In this document: one piece after another, positions 37,215-49,285 of the stretch
How the letters are laid out: each line of letters starts with the position of its first letter
Numbering within the stretch: the first letter of the stretch is position 1
DNA from: Saccostrea cucullata
Lineage: Eukaryota
DNA length: 64,000 nucleotides
Reading direction: 5' to 3'
NCBI RefSeq assembly: GCF_032062105.1
Contig: NW_026935419.1
Location: 372,001-436,000, forward strand
Translations under genes and position numbers: made by a program
Notes under the pieces: generated by a model
The model's input: only the letters and a program-made list of their open reading frames with translations
The model's database searches: none
What the model was told of the DNA's origin: nothing

Positions 37215-40200
37215 TTTAGTTTCATAGTTTACCATTTAGTTGTAATAGTTTGTACAACAAACTGAATATTTGTCCAACCAATTATAGTCAATAGTGATAC
37301 CCTGTTTACACTTTTTATTAACACCATTATATAACATTGTTGTCATTGTACAAAATCATTTATAAAACAAAATATCAACCAACCGGTTGCAAGTTTTTAT
37401 CTATAGTTACTATTATTATATTCCATCGGCTGTACATTATTTTATTGTATAATACTTCTGTCAATTATTCTTTTAGAATTAGTATATACCTATTTACAGC
37501 CTCATTATTACCATTACTGTTCCCACAATTTGTTATATACAATTCACATGAGAAGCAGTTTAAATATTTGTAGTTGGAATGTTGGGGGTCTCTTATCTGA
37601 ACATTATGACAAGACCCTAGATAAAGAGTTTTTAGCAGAATTCAATAACTTCGACTTAGTTCTTTTAACAGAAACGCATGTGGGATATGAACATAACATC
37701 AAATTTGAAGAATTTAATTACTATCCTTTTTGTCGTCAAAAATCCAGAAACAATCGATACTTTCGAGGTCTTGGCATTTTGGTCCGTAAAAGCATTAAAA
37801 AGGGAATTAAGATCCTTAATGATGGCACTTCAGAATATCAGTGGATAAAACTGTGTAGAGATTTCTTTAATTTTAAGAGGGATATATATCTATGAATTGT
37901 TTATTATGCACCAAAAAGTAATATTGATTTATTAGAATTACTTGAAAATAGCATTATTGAGAAATATAAGCAGGAGATATCATTCTAACTGGTGATTTTA
38001 ATGCCAGAACGGGATCAGATGCAGACTATATAATAGATGACAGTACCCTTCACATTCCAATTAACAACAATAACTATAATATTGATGTTGCAATTGAACA
38101 GAGAGTTAGCCAAGATAATGTTGTTGATGTTAGAGGCAAAGATTTATTAGAATTTTGCATAAGTAACCAAATACGTATTTTGAATGGAAGATGCTTTGGT
38201 GATAGTTCAGGCAATTTTACCTGTCTAAAGTCTTATGGATGTAGTGTAGTTGATTATGTGCTTGTTTCACAAAGTCTATTTCATGATATTCTTTATATGG
38301 GTGTATCAGATTTTAAAGCAAATTTTTCTGATTGCCACTGTAAACTTTCTTTTAAGATTTTAGCATCCTTTGATAATGATTATATGAATAATGAGTCTCT
38401 ATTACATGATTTTCCTTTGCGTTATGTATGGAATGCAAACAATGCACTAAATTTTCAAGAGACTTTTGCTTATCCTGTAATACAAAAGGAAATGAGACAG
38501 TTCTTAGATGAAGAAATCCCTCTAGAGAATTTTGGAATAAATAATGCCACTAACAAAATACATATGATTTATGATAAAGTTTGTATAGCTTCATTACAGA
38601 AAAAGAAGAAATTTAAAATGAAAACGCAAAACAAGAAATGGTTTGATCAAGACTTATTGAAAATGAAAAAACTTGTTCAAAATAAAGCATTAACACTGTC
38701 TCGCTTCCCTAAAGATCCAAAAGTGCGAGGTTCCTTTTTTAAATTAAACAAACAATATTCAAAACTAAGGAAAAAAAAGAGAAGAGAATTTAAACAAAAC
38801 ATTTTAAACCAGCTTGATGATTTAGAGTCTAATAATCCTAAGGAATACTGGTCCTTAGTGAACCAGTTGCGGAACGAAAAAAGAGATGATGAAAACTGCA
38901 TCGAGGGTGATACTTGGTTCCAATATTTTTCAGATCTTACTTCTGTTTCAGACAAAATGAAAAAAAAACTAGATGTTTTAGAAGAAAAGTTAAAAGTAAT
39001 GGAACATAATAATTACAGTTTCTCTATGACAAAAAAATTACAAACACAGAATTACAAGAAGCATTTTCTAAGCTTAAGATGAAAAAAACACCTGGATTAG
39101 ACAATATCTCAAATGAAATGCTTAAAGCATCACAACATTTCATCAATCCTTGCTTGTTAAAACTGTTTAATGCTGTATTTACATCTGGAGAGTATCCTTC
39201 AAAATGGTCAGAAAGTTTTATTTGTCCTCTATTCAAATCTGATGATCCAAATAAGCCAGAAAATTTCAGAGGCATAGCTATTAACAATAGTATTGGAAAA
39301 TTATTTAACTTAATATTGAATAATAGACTTGACAATTTTTTGCTGGAAAATGATACTATTCATAAATCACAGATAGGGTTCTCCAAGAAATCTCGCACTT
39401 CAGATCATATATTTGTGTTAAAATGTTTACTCAACAAATATCTCAAGACTGGTGATAAGAAATTATATGCTTGTTTTGTTGATTTTCGAAAGGCTTTTGA
39501 TAAAGTTATTCATGTTGGCATTATGTAATATGTATAAACTGCAATCAAAGGATATAAATGGATATTTTTACAGAATTTTAAAATCTATGTATAAGAATGA
39601 TAGATTATGTGTGAAAGTAAATGATAAAATGACAGATTTTTTCACATCTGGGGTTGGGGTCAGACAAGGGGATGTCCTTAGTCCAAATTTGTTTAAACTC
39701 TTTATAAATGACCTCCCAAGTATTTTGGATCATAATTCTGTTTCTGTTACTCTAGATAAAGAAATGATTTCATGTCTCCTGTATGCAGATGACCTTGTTT
39801 TATTGTCCAATTCAAAATCAGATCTTCAATGTAAACTCAATCTTCTCCATGATTACTGTAGTGAGTGGTGTCTAGAAGTAAACATAAAAAAAACAAAGGT
39901 AATAATTTTTAATAACTCTGGTAAATTACTGAAGGAAGCATTCCAACTTGGTAATGACATTATAGAATGTGTAAAACAATATAAATATTTAGGGATAACT
40001 CTTGAAAACAATGGAAAGTTTACTGAAGCCAAAAAACAACTGTATCAGAAAAGTTTAAAGGCATGCTTTAAATTCTATAGGGATGTGAAAAATGCTAACC
40101 CCTCCTTAAAAACATTTTTACATATATTTGATCACTGTATTAAACCTATAGCTTTATATGGCTGTGAGAACTGGAGCATTATTAATGTTACTCCAAAAAG

Positions 40201-41249
40201 GAAAAATATCCCTCTTTTTGATATATTTAAAGATTGGGAAGTTGAAAAACTCAATATGAAATTCTGTAAATACATTATGGGTGTATCTAAATCTTGTACA
40301 AATGTAGGAATCTATTCTGAACTAGGGAGGTACCCATTATATATAGACATGTTAAAGCAAATATTCATGTACTGGTATAGACTAGAACATACATCATCTA
40401 ACCTACTGAAAGCAGCTCTCAATGAGTGCAAATCAAACATCATCAACAGTGATTGGTACTCCAGTATATTATTCTACAGTGAAAAACTTAATATTAATTT
40501 GTCCCTTTGTAAAAAACTAAGTGAAAACAAATTTAAATTGTACATGAAAAGACAACTCAGTAACAGTTTTTTAAACATTTGGAACGATATTCGTACCAAT
40601 TATTTGGAAGGCTTTGGTAAATTAAATACATATTTTAAGTATAAAAGGTCTTTTTATTTTGAAAAATACTTGAATATGAAAAACCGAGACAATCGGGTAA
40701 TTCTCACAAAATTCAGAATTAGTAATCATTGTTTAAGGGTGGAAACGGGTAGGTATGAAAGGAAAATTAATAAATGTGGTAAAAATGAAATTCTTCCCAG
40801 GTGTGAGAGAATCTGTCGTTACTGCACCTCAAGTCCAACTGAGGATGAATTGCATTTTTTGCTAGAATGTTCACTTTATAATGACTCAAGAAGAGAGTTT
40901 TTAGATAAAATCTTTAAAACCTTTCCTATTATTTGATACTGCTTAACAATGTTGACCTGTTTACATGGATTATGTCAAATGAAGATTCTGAGTTTGTTGT
41001 TTTATTATGCCAACTTTTAAATGCAAATTTTAATAAGAGAAAACAACATAGTTCAATATAGGCATATTGCAGATATTATACATAGGCCACTTATAATGTA
41101 CATTCTATACATCCTAAAAGAAGATAACTAACTCTCTGTTCATTATACAATGTTTGTTTTGTTCTGTTTTGTATATGTATAACTGTGATGATTTTGGACA
41201 CTGTTCTGTATGCTCCACTGTGGGCCCAAATTGGTTGAATAAATATTCT
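37215..41249 (+). mobile_element. Non-LTR retrotransposon (APE-RT-CCHC; RTE-X/CR1-group like), ORF2 disrupted, no ORF1 seen
   Basis: APE motifs SWNVGGL, LTETH, TGDFNARTG, SVVDY. RT motifs PGLDNI, NFRGIA, QIGF, FVDFRKAFD, GVRQGDVLSPNLF, LYADD, YKYLG. C-terminal RISNHCLRVETGRY...CRYC...EDELHFLLEC. Ends in AATAAATATTCT. 20-bp TSD AATTTGCTTCCGACGCCTAT at 37195-37214 and 41250-41269. Confidence 0.95.
37548..41061 (+). pseudogene. LINE ORF2 (endonuclease/reverse transcriptase), inactivated
   Basis: In-frame stop at 37893 and frameshifts near 37970, 39025, 39525 and 40930. The fragments correspond to ORF-track entries 37530, 38180, 39079 and 39452. Confidence 0.9.
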
Positions 41250-41467
41250 AATTTGCTTCCGACGCCTATGGGTCGTATTTGTATCATACCAGTTGTTAGG
41301 CCTTTGTATCTTAGATATATACTGGATTGACTTCGGTAATTTCAGTCTACCTGATCAGTGCAGTGGTCAGAGCTCTACAGTCGCGATGTAAGTTGATCCT
41401 TAAGTCGCGTGTTCGAATCCCAATTTGGAACATGGAGACCGGTCCTTTGGGTGAGACCGTATAAACC

Positions 41468-41742
41468 CATAGGCGCTTGGTTTCAGGATGGTGTATTTTG
41501 TGTATTATGTGTTTATCTAGGTGTGTCTGAATACCCTCATCAAAATTAAAATAAAAATTCGCTGAAATTAGCACGTTTTAAAAATGTGATATTTACTTTT
41601 TTTATATACAGTAAATATCACATTTTTAAAACGTGCTAATTTCAGCGAATTTTTATTTTTATTTTGATAAGGGTATTCAGACACACCTAGAAAAACACAT
41701 AATAATACACAAAATACACCATCCTGAAACCAAGCGCCTATG
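41468..41742. mobile_element. 275-bp near-perfect foldback MITE with 8-bp TSD (hAT-type), nested in the SINE; copies at 43341-43615 and 45225-45504
   Basis: Arms of about 130 bp, CATAGGCGCTTGGTTTCAGGATGG... / ...CCATCCTGAAACCAAGCGCCTATG; TSD TATAAACC. Confidence 0.92.
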
Positions 41743-42150
41743 TATAAACCGAGGTCCCGTGTCGCAGTAGGTGCTGGCTCGAAAAAGATCCCTCGCTGCT
41801 AGGACAAAATTTGTAGCTCTCCACCGGCAAGTGGTGGCGTCTCCAAATGAGTAAAAAAAATCTCGAGAGAGACGTTAAACAACATACAATCAATCAATCT
41901 ACCTGATCAATACATGGGGATCATGGGATGTGTGGCCAGGTCAACAGGGGGTGTTTTCTCCTCCTCGATACAGTGTACCTAATCCCACCTCTGGAATTTC
42001 CGGGGGTCCGTGTTTTTTGCCCTCTGTATATATTGCAATTCAATAATTATGCTTCGGTCTAGAGTCATCTTCGCTAGCCAAGTGTTGGATTCGTTTCCCT
42101 CATTGCAAGACATAGTACACGAGACATTTTATGTACGACTGTCTTGGATT

Positions 42151-42219
42151 ATGCCGGTGTCGCAATCGCAACTTGTTCTTCGTGTGTCTTTTGTATTTTT
42201 AGCTGCAGCTAATATATAG
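42151..42219 (+). pseudogene. Truncated PET117 exon-1 copy (20 codons + NI*) fused to the LINE 3' end
   Basis: MPVSQSQLVLRVSFVFLAAA is identical to the PET117 N-terminus, followed by junction AAT ATA TAG. Confidence 0.85.
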
Positions 42220-44023
42220 ACATGTTAAAGCAAATATTCATGTACTGGTATAGACTAGAACATACATCATCTAACCTACTGAAAGCAGCTCTCAATGAGT
42301 GCAAATCAAACATCATCAACAGTGATTGGTACTCCAGTATATTATTCTACAGTGAAAAACTTAATATTAATTTGTCCCTTTGTAAAAAACTAAGTGAAAA
42401 CAAATTTAAATTGTACATGAAAAGACAACTCAGTAACAGTTTTTTAAACATTTGGAACGATATTCGTACCAATTATTTGGAAGGCTTTGGTAAATTAAAT
42501 ACATATTTTAAGTATAAAAGGTCTTTTTATTTTGAAAAATACTTGAATATGAAAAACCGAGACAATCGGGTAATTCTCACAAAATTCAGAATTAGTAATC
42601 ATTGTTTAAGGGTGGAAACGGGTAGGTATGAAAGGAAAATTAATAAATGTGGTAAAAATGAAATTCTTCCCAGGTGTGAGAGAATCTGTCGTTACTGCAC
42701 CTCAAGTCCAACTGAGGATGAATTGCATTTTTTGCTAGAATGTTCACTTTATAATGACTCAAGAAGAGAGTTTTTAGATAAAATCTTTAAAACCTTTCCT
42801 ATTATTTGATACTGCTTAACAATGTTGACCTGTTTACATGGATTATGTCAAATGAAGATTCTGAGTTTGTTGTTTTATTATGCCAACTTTTAAATGCAAA
42901 TTTTAATAAGAGAAAACAACATAGTTCAATATAGGCATATTGCAGATATTATACATAGGCCACTTATAATGTACATTCTATACATCCTAAAAGAAGATAA
43001 CTAACTCTCTGTTCATTATACAATGTTTGTTTTGTTCTGTTTTGTATATGTATAACTGTGATGATTTTGGACACTGTTCTGTATGCTCCACTGTGGGCCC
43101 AAATTGGTTGAATAAATATTCTAATTTGCTTCCGACGCCTATGGGTCGTATTTGTATCATACCAGTTGTTAGGCCTTTGTATCTTAGATATATACTGGAT
43201 TGACTTCGGTAATTTCAGTCTACCTGATCAGTGCAGTGGTCAGAGCTCTACAGTCGCGATGTAAGTTGATCCTTAAGTCGCGTGTTCGAATCCCAATTTG
43301 GAACATGGAGACCGGTCCTTTGGGTGAGACCGTATAAACCCATAGGCGCTTGGTTTCAGGATGGTGTATTTTGTGTATTATGTGTTTATCTAGGTGTGTC
43401 TGAATACCCTCATCAAAATTAAAATAAAAATTCGCTGAAATTAGCACGTTTTAAAAATGTGATATTTACTTTTTTTATATACAGTAAATATCACATTTTT
43501 AAAACGTGCTAATTTCAGCGAATTTTTATTTTTATTTTGATAAGGGTATTCAGACACACCTAGAAAAACACATAATAATACACAAAATACACCATCCTGA
43601 AACCAAGCGCCTATGTATAAACCGAGGTCCCGTGTCGCAGTAGGTGCTGGCTCGAAAAAGATCCCTCGCTGCTAGGACAAAATTTGTAGCTCTCCACCGG
43701 CAAGTGGTGGCGTCTCCAAATGAGTAAAAAAAATCTCGAGAGAGACGTTAAACAACATACAATCAATCAATCTACCTGATCAATACATGGGGATCATGGG
43801 ATGTGTGGCCAGGTCAACAGGGGGTGTTTTCTCCTCCTCGATACAGTGTACCTAATCCCACCTCTGGAATTTCCGGGGGTCCGTGTTTTTTGCCCTCTGT
43901 ATATATTGCAATTCAATAATTATGCTTCGGTCTAGAGTCATCTTCGCTAGCCAAGTGTTGGATTCGTTTCCCTCATTGCAAGACATAGTACACGAGACAT
44001 TTTATGTACGACTGTCTTGGATT

Positions 44024-44092
44024 ATGCCGGTGTCGCAATCGCAACTTGTTCTTCGTGTGTCTTTTGTATTTTTAGCTGCAGCTAATATATAG
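44024..44092 (+). pseudogene. Second truncated PET117 exon-1 copy fused to the LINE 3' end
   Basis: Identical to 42151-42219. Confidence 0.85.
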
Positions 44093-45101
44093 ACATGTTA
44101 AAGCAAATATTCATGTACTGGTATAGACTAGAACATACATCATCTAACCTACTGAAAGCAGCTCTCAATGAGTGCAAATCAAACATCATCAACAGTGATT
44201 GGTACTCCAGTATATTATTCTACAGTGAAAAACTTAATATTAATTTGTCCCTTTGTAAAAAACTAAGTGAAAACAAATTTAAATTGTACATGAAAAGACA
44301 ACTCAGTAACAGTTTTTTAAACATTTGGAACGATATTCGTACCAATTATTTGGAAGGCTTTGGTAAATTAAATACATATTTTAAGTATAAAAGGTCTTTT
44401 TATTTTGAAAAATACTTGAATATGAAAAACCGAGACAATCGGGTAATTCTCACAAAATTCAGAATTAGTAATCATTGTTTAAGGGTGGAAACGGGTAGGT
44501 ATGAAAGGAAAATTAATAAATGTGGTAAAAATGAAATTCTTCCCAGGTGTGAGAGAATCTGTCGTTACTGCACCTCAAGTCCAACTGAGGATGAATTGCA
44601 TTTTTTGCTAGAATGTTCACTTTATAATGACTCAAGAAGAGAGTTTTTAGATAAAATCTTTAAAACCTTTCCTATTATTTGATACTGCTTAACAATGTTG
44701 ACCTGTTTACATGGATTATGTCAAATGAAGATTCTGAGTTTGTTGTTTTATTATGCCAACTTTTAAATGCAAATTTTAATAAGAGAAAACAACATAGTTC
44801 AATATAGGCATATTGCAGATATTATACATAGGCCACTTATAATGTACATTCTATACATCCTAAAAGAAGATAACTAACTCTCTGTTCATTATACAATGTT
44901 TGTTTTGTTCTGTTTTGTATATGTATAACTGTGATGATTTTGGACACTGTTCTGTATGCTCCACTGTGGGCCCAAATTGGTTGAATAAATATTCTAATTT
45001 GCTTCCGACGCCTATGGGTCGTATTTGTATCATACCAGTTGTTAGGCCTTTGTATCTTATACTGCATGGATTAACTTCGGGAATTTCATTCTACCTGATC
45101 A

Positions 45102-45659
45102 GTCGCCCGCGTGGTGCAGTGGTCAGAGCTCTACAGTCGCGATGTAAGTTGATCCTTAAAGTCGCGTGTTCGAATCCCAATTTGGGACATGGAGATCGGT
45201 CCTTTGGGTGAGACCGTATAAACCCATAGGCGCTTGGTTTCAGGATGGTGTATTTTGTGTATTATGTGTTTATCTAGGTGTGTCTGAATACCCTCATCAA
45301 AATTAAAATAAAAATTCGCTGAAATTAGCACGTACGTTTTAAAAAATGTGATATTTACTTTTTTTATATACAGTAAATATCACATTTTTAAAACGTGCTA
45401 ATTTCAGCGAATTTTTATTTTTATTTTGATAAGGGTATTCAGACACACCTAGAAAAACACATAATAATACACAAAATACACCATCCTGAAACCAAGCGCC
45501 TATGTATAAACCGAGGTCCCGTGTCGCAGTAGGTGCTGGCTCGAAAAAGATCCCTCGCTGCTAGGACAAAATTTGTAGCTCTCCACCGGCAAGTGGTGGC
45601 GTCTCCAAATGAGTAAAAAAAATCTCGAGAGAGACGTTAAACAACATACAATCAATCAA
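45102..45659 (+). mobile_element. tRNA-derived SINE (further copies at about 41359-41898 and 43232-43771)
   Basis: A box TGGTGCAGTGG, B box GTTCGAATCC, central GTGAGACCGTATAAACCGAGGTCCCGTGTC (Nin/Deu-like, inference), (CAAT)n tail, 12-bp TSD TCTACCTGATCA. Confidence 0.85.
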
Positions 45660-45904
45660 TCTACCTGATCAATACATGGGGATCATGGGATGTGTGGCCG
45701 CTCAACAGGGGATGTTTTCTCCTCCTCGATACCTAATCCCACCTCTGGAATTTCCGGGGGTCCGTGTTTTTTGCCCTCTGTATATATTGCAATTCAATAA
45801 TTATGCTTCAGTCTAGAATCATCTTCGCTAGCCAAGTGTTGGATTCGTTTCCCTCATTGCAAGACATAGTACACGAGACATTTTATGTACGACTGTCTTG
45901 GATT

Positions 45905-47486
45905 ATGCCGGTGTCGCAATCGCAACTTGTTCTTCGTGTGTCTTTTGTATTTTTAGCTGCAGCTGGTGGTTTCGTGTTGTGGGACGCCGTAACGGAAAAG
46001 AGGGTAAAGAAAAATATATTTTCGATAATTCCTATAATTTGTAATTTTTGTAATAAATGTCCCGATGAAAATTTTAACTTTATTCCGAATTTCCTCTTGC
46101 AAACTAATATGACCTCTCTCTGTATAGAGCATTTACACGTAAATGAGCCTTGAATGGCTTGATCATTTGAGTTTAAAATGTGTTCTTGTCGAGCAAAAAT
46201 ACTTGAATAAACCCATGTGTCTTTTAATTTCAAGTGAACACTGTTCCAGTTGTGGACGGCTCGAATTTCCTCGCAAAATATAAGCAACACATCATCTATA
46301 CTCTAGTCTACTGAGGCCTGTTCAACAGAGCAAACGTTCGCGAGCGTTCGCTAAAATTCCTTATACCTCCAATAGAAAAGTTCACGAGCACTCGCCCTGT
46401 TGAACAGGCCTCAGCTGGTCACTGGTCAGAGACCCAAAAGAGTTAATGTGATAGTAAGGCGTCTGTCTGTTTGTCTGTCCGTCTGTAAACAATTTTATAA
46501 AACATTAATCCTCTGACAGTTTTAGCCTCAGTCTGCTTTCAAAGTAACTTCAAGTTGGCACACAAATACACTAAGCTACATAATTCTGTGTATCAACTTG
46601 ATTTCCATGAAGGGTGTTGTCATGGTTACTGAAAATTGAAATTTCTATGAAATACTTTCAAAATGTTACTACTCCTATATCTGCAGACTGTTTATTATTA
46701 TAATATGATTACATGTACTTGTTTGCTATTATTCGTCTGATCATTGCAGTATAAAGTAGCTTGGTTTTTTTCTTTTCTTTTCCCTGATATTGTATTATTA
46801 TTACATTATATGTGATGCTTATATTCCATTGTGAACTATACCATGCAGTATTCCTAATCTGAGAACTTTTACAAGCGAGGATCAAGTAAATTTTGCACCT
46901 GATGCAAACATTACCTGTTAATGTTGTTATAATCATGATTATATTGTTTGTTTTTAATTGCATATACCCCCTGAGGGCTGCCCTTGATTGGTGAATAAAT
47001 GAAATAAATATAATGCTACAGATCCCTTAATGCGAATAAGGTGCTATATATGGCTCAATTTTCTGTGCACTGATGGGGAGAATTTTTTCACTTTCCAGAA
47101 TTGGTCAATCAAGTACCTTTTACTCCCTAATTCTAGAAACATTATTTATGTAAGCAACCTGTGTATTGTATCAACATCCAGACCCTTTATAGTTGTCTAT
47201 ACAGGCCATAAAACTTGCTTGTTTTGAATGTTCTGCTATCAGACACAACATTCAAATCAAGAGAGTATATTGGCACTAGACAACTGTAAGGGTTTCAGCA
47301 GCCAAGGAGGGCAAAATCTACAAGTTGATTCACAATGTGTCTTGAATTACTTTCACTCATTTATATTGAAGAAGCATCAATAATTTTTCCTACTTTTTTC
47401 AGCGAATGAGAGACGGGGTACTCAGAGATATAGAAAAAATGCAACAAAGGAAACAGAAATCTGAAGATCAACCAAAAGAAAACTAA
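45905..47486 (+). CDS. PET117: PET117 cytochrome c oxidase assembly factor, 2 exons, 60 aa
   Basis: Exon 1 45905-46003 (MPVSQSQLVLRVSFVFLAAAGGFVLWDAVTEKR|gtaaag) and exon 2 47403-47486 (tttcag|RMRDGVLRDIEKMQQRKQKSEDQPKEN*). N-terminal hydrophobic helix plus RMRDGVLRDIE, matching the PET117 motif RLRDGVIRDIE. AATAAA at 47886. Confidence 0.85.
46311..46414. mobile_element. About 100-bp MITE in the PET117 intron
   Basis: CTGAGGCCTGTTCAACAG / CTGTTGAACAGGCCTCAG perfect 18-bp IR. Confidence 0.7.
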
Positions 47487-47897
47487 CACAAATTGGGGAG
47501 AAGAAACAGTCATAAAGGAAACTCACAAAACAGAGCATAAACAGGTATCCTGGTAATCTGAATGACCTGAACAATAGAGAACTTCATGTTGAAGAAAAAT
47601 GAGACTGAAACCATAATTTTCAAGGAAATGTATAAAACCTGCCTCTAAGACCACTACATAATAGAAGAAGAGTTGTGATGGAAGAGACAGCTTTCTAAGA
47701 ACATTGTAATTGATTGAGGTTACATGAAATCTGACCATGACTTTAACTGTCTTTTGTTTAACGGGTTTTATTTAATGAGTGCTTATTAAACTAATTGTTT
47801 ATATTTGTTTAGTTGGTGTTTTTCCTATTTATTTATTGTAAATGTTTTTCTCACATTTTTTTTTACAATGAGTTCATTGGATGATAATAAAAACAAA

Positions 47898-48343
47898 AAC
47901 AAGATGTGTTTATGAAACACTATGCACCCGATGGCAACAAAGTTTGGAAAAAGCTATTTTTAGCATTAAGGTCACAGTCAAGGTCACAAGGTCATTGACC
48001 TTGGTGTCATTTGAAAGAACCTGAATAGTGGAGTATGCATACCAAATATGATGTCTCTATTTTTCATGGTTCAAAAGTTATGGTGAAGGTTAAAGTTTGC
48101 AGAAAAAAGCTATTTTTAGCATATAGGCCACAGTTAAGGACACAAGGTCATTGACCTTGGTGTCATTTGAAAGAGCTTAATTAGTGAAGTATGCATACCA
48201 AATATGAAGTCTATATCTTTCATGGTTCAAAAGTTATGATGAAGGTTAAAGTTCGAGAGAAACAAACAAACAAACAGAACAGTCAGACAGACAGACAGGA
48301 CAAAAACAATATACGCCCTTGATCTACCAATCCGGGTGCATAA
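47898..48343 (-). mobile_element. HINE, same family as 26146-26456, with two internal units
   Basis: AACAAGATGTGTTTATGAAACACTATGCACCCG...GACA microsatellite...CCGGGTGCATAA. Confidence 0.8.
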
Positions 48344-48759
48344 TAAAGATTCAGTATGTTATGCTAGTTTTTTACGGAGTATATGCTGCAGCTATATTTT
48401 TAATTCGATTGACATCAAATCGAAAGAACAGGAAATGTTAGTGGATTGCTGATCAAAAGATTTAAATTTTAGCGCAAAAAAAAAATCAAAACGGTAGTAA
48501 ATTAATTTTGTGAGTTGTGCTTCTCATGAAATAAGGCAATATTAATTCCTTGCATATTATTTGGGAATCTACAGTTTAAAGAAATGGGGTCCAGAGTACT
48601 GCAAAGAAGTGTCAAATGCATGTTGAAGGAGCCCCTACCCCAAAAATGTACCACTGGTATATTTCACATGAACCCTCAAGAACCTTGTAATGATGAATTA
48701 CTGTATAAATATGGGCCAATGAAAATGATTTCAATCAGTTTCAAGGTGAATGAGTGATA

Positions 48760-49003
48760 TAACCTCTTCGAATAGGTGGTATCACTTTTTACCAGTAAAT
48801 ACCAAAACAGTGTCTCATATATTAATATTGAGCCGATGTAAACAAAAACATGGCACAGGCCTTGTTTTCATGACAGGTTTGGAGCTCTAAATCTGTGTTG
48901 TATCTCGACAACTTAAATTCAATTAAAAATATCTTAGCTAAGAATTTACAAACAGAACAAAATTGGATTTTCAAAATCTGAAACCTTGTCCATGTCCCTT
49001 TAA
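48760..49003 (-). mobile_element. Kolobok-like terminal fragment at a TTAA site
   Basis: Minus strand begins TTAA|AGGGACATGGACA; the other end was not found. Confidence 0.35.
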
Positions 49004-49285
49004 AGATGCATAGACACAGATTTGAAATTAATATTTTCTCAAATTTTCTCTATGATATTACGACCTATATATTGTAATAGCATTTCACAGGAAAATATAA
49101 TAAAAATCTTATTTCATTTCTGTAGTAGCATTTCACAGGAAAATATGATAAAAATCTTATTTCATTTCCAATTTATTGAAACTTGGAATTTCTAGTGGGG
49201 TTTGATTGACAAGTCCCTTGCACTTTCACAAATTATGATTTTATTCTTAATACTTAAGAAAAGTGGCAGTTTTGTTAAATATTAA

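Larger units (their letters stand above)
37038..41270. mobile_element. Small MITE (TIR CATAGGCGTCGGAA, 5-bp TSD GGTCG) interrupted by the LINE
   Basis: ggtcg|CATAGGCGTCGGAA at 37038 and TTCCGACGCCTATG|ggtcg ending at 41270; internal poly-C runs. Confidence 0.85.
40339..45964 (+). repeat. Tandem triplication, unit about 1873 bp (40339-42211, 42212-44084, 44085-45964)
   Basis: Identical ORFs recur at offsets of 1873 (ATG at 40349/42222/44095; 41347/43220). Each unit = LINE 3' end + MITE end + SINE with nested hairpin MITE + PET117 upstream region and first 20 codons. Confidence 0.97.

Noticed and set aside
37530-40936. Active LINE or several separate genes
   Set aside because: The ORFs are pieces of one ORF2 broken by a stop and several frameshifts.
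42151-42809. In-frame PET117-LINE fusion protein
   Set aside because: A TAG at 42217-42219 stops the PET117 frame, and the LINE ORF is in a different frame.
45102-45185. tRNA gene
   Set aside because: A and B boxes are present, but it is the head of a TSD-flanked SINE and no proper cloverleaf forms.
45764-46153. 129-aa single-exon ORF
   Set aside because: It starts at a non-ATG codon and reads through the donor at 46004; only 45905-46003 is the PET117 exon.
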